DNA from: Clostridiales bacterium GWF2_38_85
GTDB taxonomy: Bacteria; Bacillota; Clostridia; Oscillospirales; CAG-382
Assembly: GCA_001797275.1 (NCBI GenBank)
Contig: MGOY01000025.1
Location: 30,964 to 94,963 of the forward strand
Direction: 5' to 3'
DNA: 64,000 nt
Shown here: positions 10,517-19,833 of the stretch, in pieces
How the letters are laid out: each line of letters begins with the position of its first letter
How positions within the stretch are numbered: the stretch's first letter is position 1
Notes under the pieces: generated by a model
Told to the model about the DNA's origin: nothing
Databases searched by the model: none
What the model saw: the letters and a program-made list of their open reading frames with translations, nothing else
Translations under genes and position numbers: made by a program

Positions 10517-11197
10517 TTATTCCAGAAGCTCACCACAGCTTTTAATTATATCCTGGCTGATATCGTTCATTGTTCTTAACTTACCGTCAATGCTGCAGTC
10601 AATTTTTGTCCATCCCAAATATTCAGCTGCGTAAAGTGCTGCTATATAGCTTTTTTGGATATGCTCAACGCTCTTTTCGTGTATATCCTTTTTTATACCG
10701 GTTTCGCGACATCTCTTTTCGAGCAGTTTCAGCGAAAGCTCAGGCGGCATACACAAATACAAAACCTTCTGCGGTCTCGGAAGTCCCAGAAGCTCAAATT
10801 CGTAGTTATCCAGCCAATCAAGGTAATACTCCCACTCGGATTTTTTGAGCTTTGAAAGCTGATGTACTGCATTTGCGGTCGTATAACGGTTGGCAATCAA
10901 CAGCCTTCCGCTTTCGTATTCCTTCTGCCATTTCAATTTATATGAAGCATATCTGTCAACAGCAAAAAAACTGGAGGCTGCATATGGGTTGACATCGTTC
11001 GGATCATTACCGAAATCGCCTCTCAGATACATTCTGACAAGCGCTGATGATTCCATATCATATTCGGGGAAGGATAACTTTGTGTATTCCTTTCCCTTGC
11101 CGGCGAGGTATTGGCAAAGCAATTCTGTCTGGGTTCCTTTTCCTGAAGCATCAAGTCCGTCTATTGCAATCAGGCGGTATTGAATTAATTTCTCCAT
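10517..11197 (-). CDS. tmk: Thymidylate kinase
   Basis: P-loop DGLDASGKGTQ, SFP, NRYTTAN and DIHE; overlaps thyX. Confidence 0.85.
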   Translation of the reverse strand: MEKLIQYRLIAIDGLDASGKGTQTELLCQYLAGKGKEYTKLSFPEYDMESSALVRMYLRGDFGNDPNDVNPYAASSFFAVDRYASYKLKWQKEYESGRLLIANRYTTANAVHQLSKLKKSEWEYYLDWLDNYEFELLGLPRPQKVLYLCMPPELSLKLLEKRCRETGIKKDIHEKSVEHIQKSYIAALYAAEYLGWTKIDCSIDGKLRTMNDISQDIIKSCGELLE

Positions 11198-11961
11198 CTT
11201 TTACGAACCTCCTCTATTTTCCCGCAGGTCATTTTCCCTTCGGGGCAACCATTTTTCACACAAGGAGGTCCCGCTTTGATAAACAAAGCCGGTGCAATCT
11301 GCTTGACCTGTGTCAGCATCTCGTTTGCCAGCTCGCGTATCTCCCACTGTGCTCTGTTACAGCAGCGAAGCTCGAAGAAGTTCCACAGCGAACGCACATT
11401 CATCGTCATGATTATCTTTGTATCGCAGGCATTGGGCAGCACACTGCGTGCATCCTCAAACGCCATTTTTTCAGCAGCCTTTTCGGCGTCAACTTGGATT
11501 TTACCTTCATCCATAAGTGCTTTTGTGTGATATTTCATTAGCTTATCTGCCAGTGATATGTAATGCTGTCTGTCCTCGTCCATCGCACGAAGAAATTCCT
11601 CCCTTGCCTCGGGAATAGCTGTTATGGCAGGAGGTATAATATATTCGAAGTTTTCTTTATTGACATATCTCTGGCTCTGGACGCTGAATGAGGCTATTCT
11701 GTGCCTTGTTATCTGGGCAAGAACAGCTCTTGATACACCTTCAATTCCGAAGGTAAAGCTGACATGCTCAAACGGGCTCTCATGTCCGAGGTTTGAAAGC
11801 ATTGTGATAAATTTTCCTGTTTTCTCGTCATCAAGTCCGTCAAAGATCGTGTCGATGTCGCTTGAAGCATAACATAGCTTCGCTGCTGCCGCAATCATTT
11901 TTTCACAATCGGGTGTGTGCGCAAGAATTTTAACTTTCATCCCTATAACTTCCCTTCTCAT
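11185..11961 (-). CDS. thyX: FAD-dependent thymidylate synthase
   Basis: GHESPFEH, ThyX motif RHRIASFSVQSQRY, EDARSVLP and RAQWEIR. Confidence 0.96.
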   Translation of the reverse strand: MRREVIGMKVKILAHTPDCEKMIAAAAKLCYASSDIDTIFDGLDDEKTGKFITMLSNLGHESPFEHVSFTFGIEGVSRAVLAQITRHRIASFSVQSQRYVNKENFEYIIPPAITAIPEAREEFLRAMDEDRQHYISLADKLMKYHTKALMDEGKIQVDAEKAAEKMAFEDARSVLPNACDTKIIMTMNVRSLWNFFELRCCNRAQWEIRELANEMLTQVKQIAPALFIKAGPPCVKNGCPEGKMTCGKIEEVRKRWRN

Positions 11962-11965
11962 TTTT

Positions 11966-12703
11966 TCAACTGTTATGTTTATCTTTTTCGATTATAGTAT
12001 TATATATAAATTTGGGTAATTTAATCAATTTTCGAAACCTCTTCGGTTCAATCACAGCGCGCCACAGCCACTCAAGCGACAAATCAATCATTATCTTCGG
12101 TGCCCGCTTCTTCTCACCTGACAGTATGTCCACTGTACCGCCAAGTCCGACGAACAACCCACGCTTGAAATACTGTTTATTATTACAGATAAAATATTCC
12201 TGTTTGGGTGAGCCGAGACAAACAAAGATAACATCGGGTGTGATAGAATTTATTTTGTCGATAACCATCTTTTCATCTGTGTAATAACCGTCGCAACCAT
12301 CGCATAATATATTTTTGTACTGCTGTCGTATATTATTAAACGCATTTTCAAGGCTATTTTTCTCGCCGCCCAGAATGAACAGACTTCCATTCTTGTTATT
12401 GAGACTTTCAAGCATTTTTTTTGCAAAGTCAACACCTGCAATTTTCTGCTGCAAAGGGCTACCCAGCCTTTTTGCTGCCCAGATTATACCCTGACCATCA
12501 GGCAGGTTCATATCCGAGCTGTTTATTATATCAAGAAAGCTTTTATTCTTCAGGCAATCCAATACCATTAATGAGTTGGGTGTGAAAACTGCCGAAGGTC
12601 TGTCTGAATGATACAGAATTTCAGCATATTCGACAGCCTTTTCCATAGTAATATCAATAAATTTTATCTGATGTACAGTTTTTGTTTTTATCATATTTAT
12701 CAC
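11966..12703 (-). CDS. WecB/TagA/CpsF-family glycosyltransferase
   Basis: TPN, PDGQG, LGSPKQE, GLGGTVD, RAP and LEWLWR motifs. Confidence 0.92.
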   Translation of the reverse strand: MINMIKTKTVHQIKFIDITMEKAVEYAEILYHSDRPSAVFTPNSLMVLDCLKNKSFLDIINSSDMNLPDGQGIIWAAKRLGSPLQQKIAGVDFAKKMLESLNNKNGSLFILGGEKNSLENAFNNIRQQYKNILCDGCDGYYTDEKMVIDKINSITPDVIFVCLGSPKQEYFICNNKQYFKRGLFVGLGGTVDILSGEKKRAPKIMIDLSLEWLWRAVIEPKRFRKLIKLPKFIYNTIIEKDKHNS

Positions 12704-12772
12704 TGACTTGATTTTATATTATCATTATTATATTTTAGCATACCCGGATTAATAAATCAACATAAAAAAATT

Positions 12773-12801
12773 GAATATAAATTATCTTTTGGGAGAAACT
12801 A
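12773..12801 (+). promoter_or_regulatory. Putative forespore sigma-F/sigma-G-type promoter
   Basis: GAATA (12773-77) ... GGAGAAACTA (12792-801) resembles the sigma-F/G consensus and precedes a spore-coat-like gene pair. Confidence 0.4.
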
Positions 12802-12819
12802 AATCAAGACCAAGGTTCA

Positions 12820-12921
12820 ATACTGATTTCTCATAAAACATTACGTTAAAACTCTGCGAAAGAAACCATATGATAAAGGTTTTTCTTGAATTTTATCTAT
12901 GTTTTTAATCGAAATTAGTAT
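12820..12921 (+). repeat. Family C long-hairpin element, copy 1
   Basis: ATACTGATTTCTCATAAAACA...AAAGAAACCATATGATAAAGGTTTTTCTTGAATTTTATC..GTTTTTAATCGAAATTAGTAT; homologous to the reverse complement of 37098-37203. Confidence 0.8.
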
Positions 12922-12948
12922 AAATAACAAAACAGAAAGGATATCGAC

Positions 12949-13128
12949 ATGACTCCAAAAGAATTGTTATATATTGAAGATGCACTAAGCCACGAATCAT
13001 TTGTACGCACACAGTGCGATGACTGCGCAGGACAGCTTCAGGATTCAACCCTGAAAAGCTTCGTTTCACAGCTATCAACCAAGCACAAAAAGATGTTTGA
13101 TCAATTCTTCACTACAGTCAAAGGTTAA
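12949..13128 (+). CDS. Small 59-aa protein, probable spore-coat partner (not in the ORF track)
   Basis: RBS GAAAGGA, then MTPKELLYIEDALSHESFVRTQCDDCAGQLQDSTLKSFVSQLSTKHKKMFDQFFTTVKG*; upstream of the Coat F-like gene. Confidence 0.8.
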   Translation: MTPKELLYIEDALSHESFVRTQCDDCAGQLQDSTLKSFVSQLSTKHKKMFDQFFTTVKG

Positions 13129-13153
13129 ATAATTTCAAAGTAAAGGAAATAAA

Positions 13154-13275
13154 AAGTTTGAAAATAAATTTTCAAACTCAGGTTTTGTGCCTTTGTGCCA
13201 TATATCAAGGCACAAATTTGATTACATCAAATACGGCACAATTCCCACACCATAAAGAAAGGAATGGTCATAATT
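13154..13275 (+). repeat. Family A structured intercistronic element, copy A3
   Basis: AGTTTGAAAA-TAAA-TTTTCAAACT; outer stem GGTTTTGTGCC/GGCACAATTCC; inner TTTGTGCC-ATATATCAA-GGCACAAA and TTTGAT-TAC-ATCAAA; then GAAAGGAATGGTCATAATTATG. Confidence 0.87.
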
Positions 13276-13524
13276 ATGGATGACAGAATGTTAATGGAAA
13301 GCCTGCTTGTGTCAACAAAAAATGCATGTGAGCTGTTTATGCACGGAACAATTGAGGCATCGACAAGCAATATAAAATCCACATTTGATCAGGCATTGCA
13401 AGATGTAATACAGATACAAAATGATATCTACTGCCATATGGCTGATAAAGGCTGGTATCCCCAGACCGCAGTCGAACAACAGAAGATACAACAGGTAGCC
13501 CAGAAATATCAGGCAAACGCATAA
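13276..13524 (+). CDS. Spore coat protein (Coat F domain-like)
   Basis: MDDR..MESLL...K, HGTIEAST and M..KGWY pattern typical of Coat F-type proteins. Confidence 0.75.
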   Translation: MDDRMLMESLLVSTKNACELFMHGTIEASTSNIKSTFDQALQDVIQIQNDIYCHMADKGWYPQTAVEQQKIQQVAQKYQANA

Positions 13525-13543
13525 ATTGCAACTGATAAAGCAA

Positions 13544-13577
13544 AACCGACGGTCAGCATCGACTGTCGGTTGTTTTT
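13544..13577 (+). terminator. Intrinsic terminator
   Basis: Stem AACCGACGGTC/GACTGTCGGTT followed by GTTTTT. Confidence 0.75.
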
Positions 13578-13684
13578 GTTATAATACATTTAAAACGTTG
13601 TTTATAATTACTCTCTTGTAATAATATGAACATACAGTTACTTCGTTATTTTTAATATTATGTTTTTACATTTCAAAAAGCGAC

Positions 13685-14311
13685 TTAATCAAATATTACC
13701 TCCCAGTTTTCATTATTGAATGCATCAAAGCACATTTCAATTTGATTATAGATATTCTTATTCTCATCTAAAATAGGTAAATTGTTAAGTGCAAAATATC
13801 CACTTTCTGTAGTTTCATTATTCGGTTGGAAACTACCCCTTATAATAGAGCATAGGACAAACACCTTACAAATTCCATATGCATATTTGGGTGAATTATG
13901 CTTGTTCCTATCTTGTATAGCAATAATCCTTGAAGGTTTAATATCCAAACCAACTTCCTCTTTAACTTCTTTAATAGTATTTGAAGCAATTGATTTATTA
14001 TAATCAACCCAACCACCTGGTAGAGACCATTTATTTTTTTCTTTTACCAGTAAAATTTTGTTTTCGTTGAATATTGCAGCTCGTGTATCGATTTTAGGTG
14101 TTTGATAACCTGTTTCGTTGCAAAACACATCTTTAACTTTTTCGATTGAGAGACCCGTTTTCATAGCCATGATTTCAGCGAATATTTCTCTAACTCTTTT
14201 AAAACGTTCTTTGTCAAATTGATCTTTCGTATATGTTAAGCCGTTTTGAGCAATAGATTGTAATTCCATTGATAATTTTATCAACATATCCAAATCATTC
14301 ATTAGTTCCAT
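13685..14311 (-). CDS. NUDIX hydrolase with N-terminal Nudix_N domain (ADP-ribose pyrophosphatase-like)
   Basis: LQSIAQNGLTY, GYQTPKID and WSLPGGW..KEVKEEVG motifs. Confidence 0.88.
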   Translation of the reverse strand: MELMNDLDMLIKLSMELQSIAQNGLTYTKDQFDKERFKRVREIFAEIMAMKTGLSIEKVKDVFCNETGYQTPKIDTRAAIFNENKILLVKEKNKWSLPGGWVDYNKSIASNTIKEVKEEVGLDIKPSRIIAIQDRNKHNSPKYAYGICKVFVLCSIIRGSFQPNNETTESGYFALNNLPILDENKNIYNQIEMCFDAFNNENWEVIFD

Positions 14312-14339
14312 AATTTCCTCCGATCATACTACTTTACTA

Positions 14340-14813
14340 TTATTCTTTTGTTACAATATAAACGATTTTATTCATATCGCCTACATCAATTTCCTTCAAA
14401 AAATCAGGTACAATATTCTGTTGTTTTATTGTATTCAAAGGCAACCAATGCAACGTTTCAGCTTCAATTTGATCTGAATATAAATTATCAGAAATTGTAT
14501 ATACCTTATTGTATTTCATTAAATAAAAGAACACGACTTCATGATGATTTTTACTGCAATAGGTGAAAAACCGTTCTTGAATAAAAACCAATCTGTCAAT
14601 TTCAAACTTATGTCCTGTTTCCTCATATACTTCACGAACAACAGCATCTTCTGATGTTTCATTCATCTTGACTTTTCCGCCGACAGTATAGTAGCATTCA
14701 TGGTTTTTATGCTTTGCAACAAGCATTCTATCATTTTCTATTATCAAAGCGGCGACTCTGTATGTAAACATACTTTGTTCTGAGTCTATTAAAATATCTA
14801 TATTATTCATCAC
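14340..14813 (-). CDS. NUDIX hydrolase
   Basis: Nudix box GGKVKMNETSEDAVVREVYEETG. Confidence 0.88.
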   Translation of the reverse strand: MMNNIDILIDSEQSMFTYRVAALIIENDRMLVAKHKNHECYYTVGGKVKMNETSEDAVVREVYEETGHKFEIDRLVFIQERFFTYCSKNHHEVVFFYLMKYNKVYTISDNLYSDQIEAETLHWLPLNTIKQQNIVPDFLKEIDVGDMNKIVYIVTKE

Positions 14814-15020
14814 TTTTTCCTATTTTTTATTACGATAACAATAACTATAACTGCAATGATAACAGTCAATATTATTGGTACAAGAGGAAATATTAGCTCT
14901 TGTACAACAAGAACAGCAGTTGGGCCATCCGCACCACCGATTATTCCAATTTCATCTATTTTATTGCACCCTGTCAATAACAACGCAAGCATACTACAAT
15001 ACTATCAGTAATTTTTTCAT
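14810..15020 (-). pseudogene. Small lipoprotein carrying the decarboxylase beta-subunit motif GIIGGADGPT, frameshifted in its signal peptide
   Basis: GAGGA RBS and ATG at 15020 give MKKLLIVL then TAG. The LTGC lipobox and IGIIGGADGPTAV continue in another frame (ATG 14992, 28-nt offset). Confidence 0.55.
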
Positions 15021-15060
15021 TATGCTTTCCTCTCAATATAAATTTTGCGTGTATGCATAT

Positions 15061-15510
15061 TTATAATCCGATATTCTCTTTTAACCTCATATAATTACCC
15101 GTATCCGGAATGCCTCTATTAAGAATATCAACAAATTTTTGATTAAATCCTAAGTTAATTAATTCGAAAAATTGGAAAAACCCAACATCACTTATTGGGT
15201 TTGTTTCAAATTCATTTGATGGTAGTGTTATATTACCATCAATCCTTTCAAGAAAAAATGTAATATGTATAATTGGAGGAACACAGTCTGTTTTATCACA
15301 TAAATATAGCAATCTTTTAACTTTTGTATTTAAACCTGTTTCTTCATACATTTCGCGAATTATTGCTTCATCTAATTTTTCTCCGACTTCAACTCTACCA
15401 CCCGGAAGCGACCATCCTCTTTATGATGTAACTTTTTGTTTTACTAAAAGAATTTTATTATCTTCTATCAATATTCCTGTTATTCGAATTTGAAAACTAT
15501 TCTTGTCCAC
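15061..15510 (-). pseudogene. NUDIX hydrolase with an in-frame premature stop
   Basis: GGAG RBS and GTG at 15510: VDKNSFQIRITGILIEDNKILLVKQKVTS*RGWSLPGGRVEVGEKLDEAIIREMYEETG... The TAA at 15421-15423 is in frame with ORF 15061-15351. Confidence 0.8.
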
Positions 15511-15570
15511 ATGACCACTCCTAAATATCGAAGAAGGAACATCCCATATTGAAATGCTCCTTTTGCTTCT

Positions 15571-16224
15571 TCAGAATTTAAATCCTATTGTACTGAGTAT
15601 ACATCTTGCGATTGCATAATGCGTATGTGGGAACGGATGAACTCTGTCGAGTGAGTATGCTGTCGTATTCAGCTTTGTCAGCAGCAGGTCAAGAGCAGCT
15701 TGAACATCGCAGAAAAGTGAGTCTGTTTCGTATGCTATCTTTCTGAGGATTACATTCAACTCATCGACATCTTTTCTCATCGCATCGTTCTTGTTCAAGT
15801 CAAGGAAGAAGGGAGAAATAATCATAAATCCTTTTGTTTTTCTCTTTGCATCCGCAACTATATATCTGAGGTTTTCCTCATATTGTTTAACGCTGACCTG
15901 TCTTTCGGGAAACATATACGAATCGTACTTACGCCAGACATCATTTACACCAATCATTATGGCTGCATAATCGGGCTTTATTGCCGTCATGTCAGATTCC
16001 CAGTGTGTACGAACATCAGAACTTGTTTCGCCGCTGATGCCGGTATTGACAATTTTTATATGCTTTTCAGGATAGGTTCCTGTTAGTATGTTATGAATGA
16101 AGAAGGGGTAACCGCTTCCCAGTCCGGTCTGGCAGTTTCCGTAAGGTCTTCCTCTTCCGCAATCGGTGACCGAGTCGCCGGAGAACATTATTGTTGTATC
16201 ATTTTCAATATAATCGAACAACAT
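15571..16224 (-). CDS. SGNH/GDSL-family esterase
   Basis: GDSVTD, GISG, GVND and DRVHP catalytic blocks. Confidence 0.92.
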   Translation of the reverse strand: MLFDYIENDTTIMFSGDSVTDCGRGRPYGNCQTGLGSGYPFFIHNILTGTYPEKHIKIVNTGISGETSSDVRTHWESDMTAIKPDYAAIMIGVNDVWRKYDSYMFPERQVSVKQYEENLRYIVADAKRKTKGFMIISPFFLDLNKNDAMRKDVDELNVILRKIAYETDSLFCDVQAALDLLLTKLNTTAYSLDRVHPFPHTHYAIARCILSTIGFKF

Positions 16225-16226
16225 AA

Positions 16227-17729
16227 TTATTCCTCACTTACTGTGCTTTCAACAGCGCTTTCTGTTGTGCTTGTGTCAGCTGTTGATTCAACTGTTGAGG
16301 TATCTGAGGTTACATCGGATGTATCGGAAGCTGTTCCCGAGGTATCAGCTAAGGTATCACCGGAGGTTTCGCTTTCTTCGGGTTCATCATACATAATATA
16401 TGCTTTAGTATATTTTTCTTTGAGTGTAGCACCGTTTGTAACCGGGTTGCCGGTAAGGTATGCGACAATCAATGTGCCATCCTGGAAATTCGTCAAGGAT
16501 GAAACATCTTCAATTGCGTTGTTTGACAAGTACAGATAAGCCATTTTTGTCATATCTTTAATCGGTGAAACATCAACTATCTTATTATCTGTCAGGTAAA
16601 GATATTCAATCTCAACCGATTTTTCAATTGCGCTGATATCTTCGATTTCATTGTTGGTAAGTGAAAGCTGAGTTAACTTCACAAGGTCAGCCATTGCTGA
16701 AATATCTGATATTTTATTTTTGCTTAAGTCGAGTGTTTCAAGCTTTGTCAGCTTTTCAAGCGCGGATACATCAACGATTTCATTAGAGGGAGCATAAAAA
16801 CCTTCGAGGTTGACAAGCTCTGAAACTGCAGAGATATCTGTAAGTCCCATGCTGCCAAGGCTGAGAGTTTTAAGTGCTGTCAATCCTTTGATCGGATCAA
16901 GTGAGATTGGTACTATTTTCTCAGTTACTGTACTTGTATCATCGCTTGTGTCCGCGACACTGGTGTCACTTGTTTCAATAGCAACAGTTGAATAATTGTT
17001 GTCAAGAACAAGGGTTTCAAGATTTACAAGTCCGGAAATTGCAGATATATCGGTAATGTTATTTTCTGACATGTAAAGTGATTTAAGCTTTGTAAGATTT
17101 TCAAGTACAGATATATCATCAATACCGAGTGATTGGATATTTAAATATTCGATATTCGTAAGCTCAGCGATTGCGGATATATCTTTGACGCTTGTTCCGC
17201 CGATTGAAAGGTGTTTTAGATTTGTCATTGTTTTAATTGCTTTGAGGTTTTTGAGAAGCTTCTGCTCCTGAACATCAATAAGAGTAAGGTTGGGGAACAG
17301 TGCAAGATCATCGAGTGTTGTAAGCTCGAATGTCAGGTCAGCAGATTTTACACTTTTGTTATAGTTTTCGCTATAGGTTGAAGTGTCAAAGTCTTCGACA
17401 GTTGTGTCTGTTTCAAGCAGTGTTGCAAGTTCGTCATAACCGATTGTTACTGTAGTTTTAGTATCTTCTGTATCGGAAGTTTCGGTATCCTCTGCAGTGA
17501 TAATTCCGAGAACCTTAATTGCCTCGAGGTCTTCTTTTGTTATCTCGCTCGGTTTCTTATCAAGTGCTTCAGCAACAACTCTTGCAAAGCTCTGATCCTT
17601 GAATAAGCTTGAACGGTTCTGAATAAATGAAAAAAGTGTTATACAAATAGCTGCCGCAAGAAGAACGCATAATACAATACTTATAATAAACTTCTTCTTT
17701 CTCTCGGCTCTTGATGCAATAGTTGCCAT
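16227..17729 (-). CDS. Membrane-anchored internalin-type leucine-rich-repeat protein
   Basis: N-terminal basic stretch and TM helix; many 22-aa LxxLxxLxLxxNxIxDIsxL repeats; S/T/D-rich segments. Start refined to MATIASR. Confidence 0.85.
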   Translation of the reverse strand: MATIASRAERKKKFIISIVLCVLLAAAICITLFSFIQNRSSLFKDQSFARVVAEALDKKPSEITKEDLEAIKVLGIITAEDTETSDTEDTKTTVTIGYDELATLLETDTTVEDFDTSTYSENYNKSVKSADLTFELTTLDDLALFPNLTLIDVQEQKLLKNLKAIKTMTNLKHLSIGGTSVKDISAIAELTNIEYLNIQSLGIDDISVLENLTKLKSLYMSENNITDISAISGLVNLETLVLDNNYSTVAIETSDTSVADTSDDTSTVTEKIVPISLDPIKGLTALKTLSLGSMGLTDISAVSELVNLEGFYAPSNEIVDVSALEKLTKLETLDLSKNKISDISAMADLVKLTQLSLTNNEIEDISAIEKSVEIEYLYLTDNKIVDVSPIKDMTKMAYLYLSNNAIEDVSSLTNFQDGTLIVAYLTGNPVTNGATLKEKYTKAYIMYDEPEESETSGDTLADTSGTASDTSDVTSDTSTVESTADTSTTESAVESTVSEE

Positions 17730-17864
17730 AACTTTTATTTCCTTTCGTATATAGCTGAATGAATATTTGTTTAGCATGTACTTTTGATATAATACCACTT
17801 GTCACAAAAAAATGCAAGCGTTAATTATGAAATACAGTAATATTGAAAAACCTGTGTTTATAGC

Positions 17865-18788
17865 TTATAGTTTTTCCTCTTCTAACAGTTCTCTGACGCT
17901 GACAACACTGCAGCCAAAAGACTTCAGTAAATTCAATTGCCTTGGCAGCGCTTCGTATATCGGCATTTCGCCCGACATATTCAATCCATCCTTCTGATAG
18001 ATTATACTGCCGCAGAACGAATCCGCATTTGATTCGAGCTGTCTTTTCAGCCTTGCAACCATCTCATCCGCATTGCTGTTCTTCTCCCAACCGCCACCGT
18101 CAAAGGAGGCTGACAGGTAATTGTACCCCAGCTTTTCGTAAACATCGAACACGGTTTTATTGGACGGGCGACTGTATGAGGATAGGCGACCGCAAGGGTC
18201 GCCCCTACCGATACTTTCAACATAATGGGGTGGCCTTGCGTTTGTCATCGGGTACCTAAAGCTTTCAAGTATATAGTTATGCAGCCGTAGATAGTCAGCA
18301 TACACTTCGTTCTCATTTTTGAAATACACACGCTTCGAATAGGGAAAATGCTGTTTCCCACAGACAATATGTCTATATCCGTGGTTAGCCAACTCGCAGC
18401 CGCTGTCTATTATTTTGCGTATCAGGTCAGGGTTGTTCACAGCACTTGCCAGTATATCATCACCGAACCGTGGGTAGTGGTCATATCTGGTACCGCTCCA
18501 GTAAAAGCTACCCGACCTGCCCGGATTGTCGGGGTAGTTCTCAGCGGTTGAGCCGATGATGTTGAAGGTTGCGGTAAAGCTGTATTCGTTGAGCGTGTCA
18601 ACTATAAACTCTGTCAGTTTTCTGCCATCCGGGCATACAACAGCACACGGCCCGTCATCAAAGGTCATTGCAACTATTCGCTTGCCGCCGGTGTTGACTT
18701 TTTCAATTTTCCGGACTGATGTTGTGTTTATATCTTTCTTTGAGAAAATAAACCTTTTTATTTTTTGCAGAGTATTGTATAAAATCAT
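17865..18788 (-). CDS. Polysaccharide deacetylase (CE4/NodB domain)
   Basis: TFDDGP, NHGYRH and RPPH motifs. Confidence 0.82.
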   Translation of the reverse strand: MILYNTLQKIKRFIFSKKDINTTSVRKIEKVNTGGKRIVAMTFDDGPCAVVCPDGRKLTEFIVDTLNEYSFTATFNIIGSTAENYPDNPGRSGSFYWSGTRYDHYPRFGDDILASAVNNPDLIRKIIDSGCELANHGYRHIVCGKQHFPYSKRVYFKNENEVYADYLRLHNYILESFRYPMTNARPPHYVESIGRGDPCGRLSSYSRPSNKTVFDVYEKLGYNYLSASFDGGGWEKNSNADEMVARLKRQLESNADSFCGSIIYQKDGLNMSGEMPIYEALPRQLNLLKSFGCSVVSVRELLEEEKL

Positions 18789-18823
18789 AGTATATCCTTT
18801 AATAACGCTGAAAACGATGTTTT

Positions 18824-19621
18824 TCAGGTTTTGGATATGTTCATTAAAAGCGACATGGGAAGTAGTTTCGCCAGTACTCTGTAAAGCTTAAAGAAAAACA
18901 GCTCAGTGTACACTCCCTTGCCCTTTTTCGCTTTCACGACAGATTTTCCTGCGACCTTCTTCGGGTTGCATCTGGGAAGCATATCAAATGTCTTGGAGTT
19001 ACCGCTGATGCCTGCTACGTCTAAAAATTCTGTATCCATAGGTCCGGGACAGACAGCGAGTGCATTAATGCCGCGTTTCTTCAGCTCATACCTGAGCGAG
19101 CGGGTGAAGGCTGTTACATAGTACTTTGTCGCGCTGTAAACTGTCATCCTTGGTGTGGGAACAAAGGAAGCAATTGAGCTGATGTTGATTATATAGCTTC
19201 CCTCTTTCATATACTGCAGTGCAAGAGTGCAAATTGAGGTCAGCGTAACACAGTTGAGCCTTACCATGTCGGCTTGTCCCTTCTCGGAAAGGTCAGCAAC
19301 ATCACCCAGAAGTCCGAAGCCTGCGTTGTTGATCAGCACCCTGATGTCGGGGTTTTCAGACTTCAACATTTCTGTAAATCTGTTCAGTTCTTCTTCCTTT
19401 ATCAGATCAAGCGACACAAGCCGGCACTTCACATCAGGTCTTTCTTTTGCCAGTGCTTCAAGTCTGTCAACTCTTCTTGCGATTAACCATATTTCATCAA
19501 CTGTTTTTTCACCTGCAAGAGTGTAAAAATACTCTTTCCCGAGCCCGGAGGATGCTCCTGTTATAATTCCAACTGTCATATTTGTGTTTCCTTCTTTATA
19601 CAAAATTTTATAATTCAACAT
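18824..19621 (-). CDS. Short-chain dehydrogenase/reductase
   Basis: TGASSGLG, NNAG and YSATK motifs (true start probably MTVGII). Confidence 0.92.
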   Translation of the reverse strand: MLNYKILYKEGNTNMTVGIITGASSGLGKEYFYTLAGEKTVDEIWLIARRVDRLEALAKERPDVKCRLVSLDLIKEEELNRFTEMLKSENPDIRVLINNAGFGLLGDVADLSEKGQADMVRLNCVTLTSICTLALQYMKEGSYIINISSIASFVPTPRMTVYSATKYYVTAFTRSLRYELKKRGINALAVCPGPMDTEFLDVAGISGNSKTFDMLPRCNPKKVAGKSVVKAKKGKGVYTELFFFKLYRVLAKLLPMSLLMNISKT

Positions 19622-19689
19622 TAACTATTTTATTATATGATACATAGAAACAAAAATCAAGCATTTATAATCAAATATGTTTATTTGTA

Positions 19690-19718
19690 TTGACAATACC
19701 TTTTTACGGTTTTATAAT
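19690..19718 (+). promoter_or_regulatory. Consensus sigma-A promoter of the sugar-utilisation operon
   Basis: TTGACA-17 bp-TATAAT. Confidence 0.8.
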
Positions 19719-19727
19719 ATCTAAATA

Positions 19728-19790
19728 GTGAGTTTTATGCTTTCCGGTATACAGTACTGCCGGAGTTTGAAAATCGCATAAAACATTACG
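19728..19790 (+). repeat. Family A-like element A8 in the 5' UTR (outer stem only)
   Basis: GAGTTTTATGC...GCATAAAACAT outer stem as in copy A7, with an inner TCCGGTA..TGCCGGA hairpin. Confidence 0.55.
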
Positions 19791-19833
19791 TTATTATTTT
19801 GCGTAATTTTTTATTTGGAAGGGAAATAAAATT

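Noticed and set aside
15421-15423. Recoding or readthrough of the NUDIX internal stop
   Set aside because: The codon is TAA, not TGA/TAG, so not Sec/Pyl. Other genes use the standard code and a neighbouring gene is also damaged.
13685-15510. Integron cassette array
   Set aside because: Spacers are too short and dissimilar for attC sites; no integrase.
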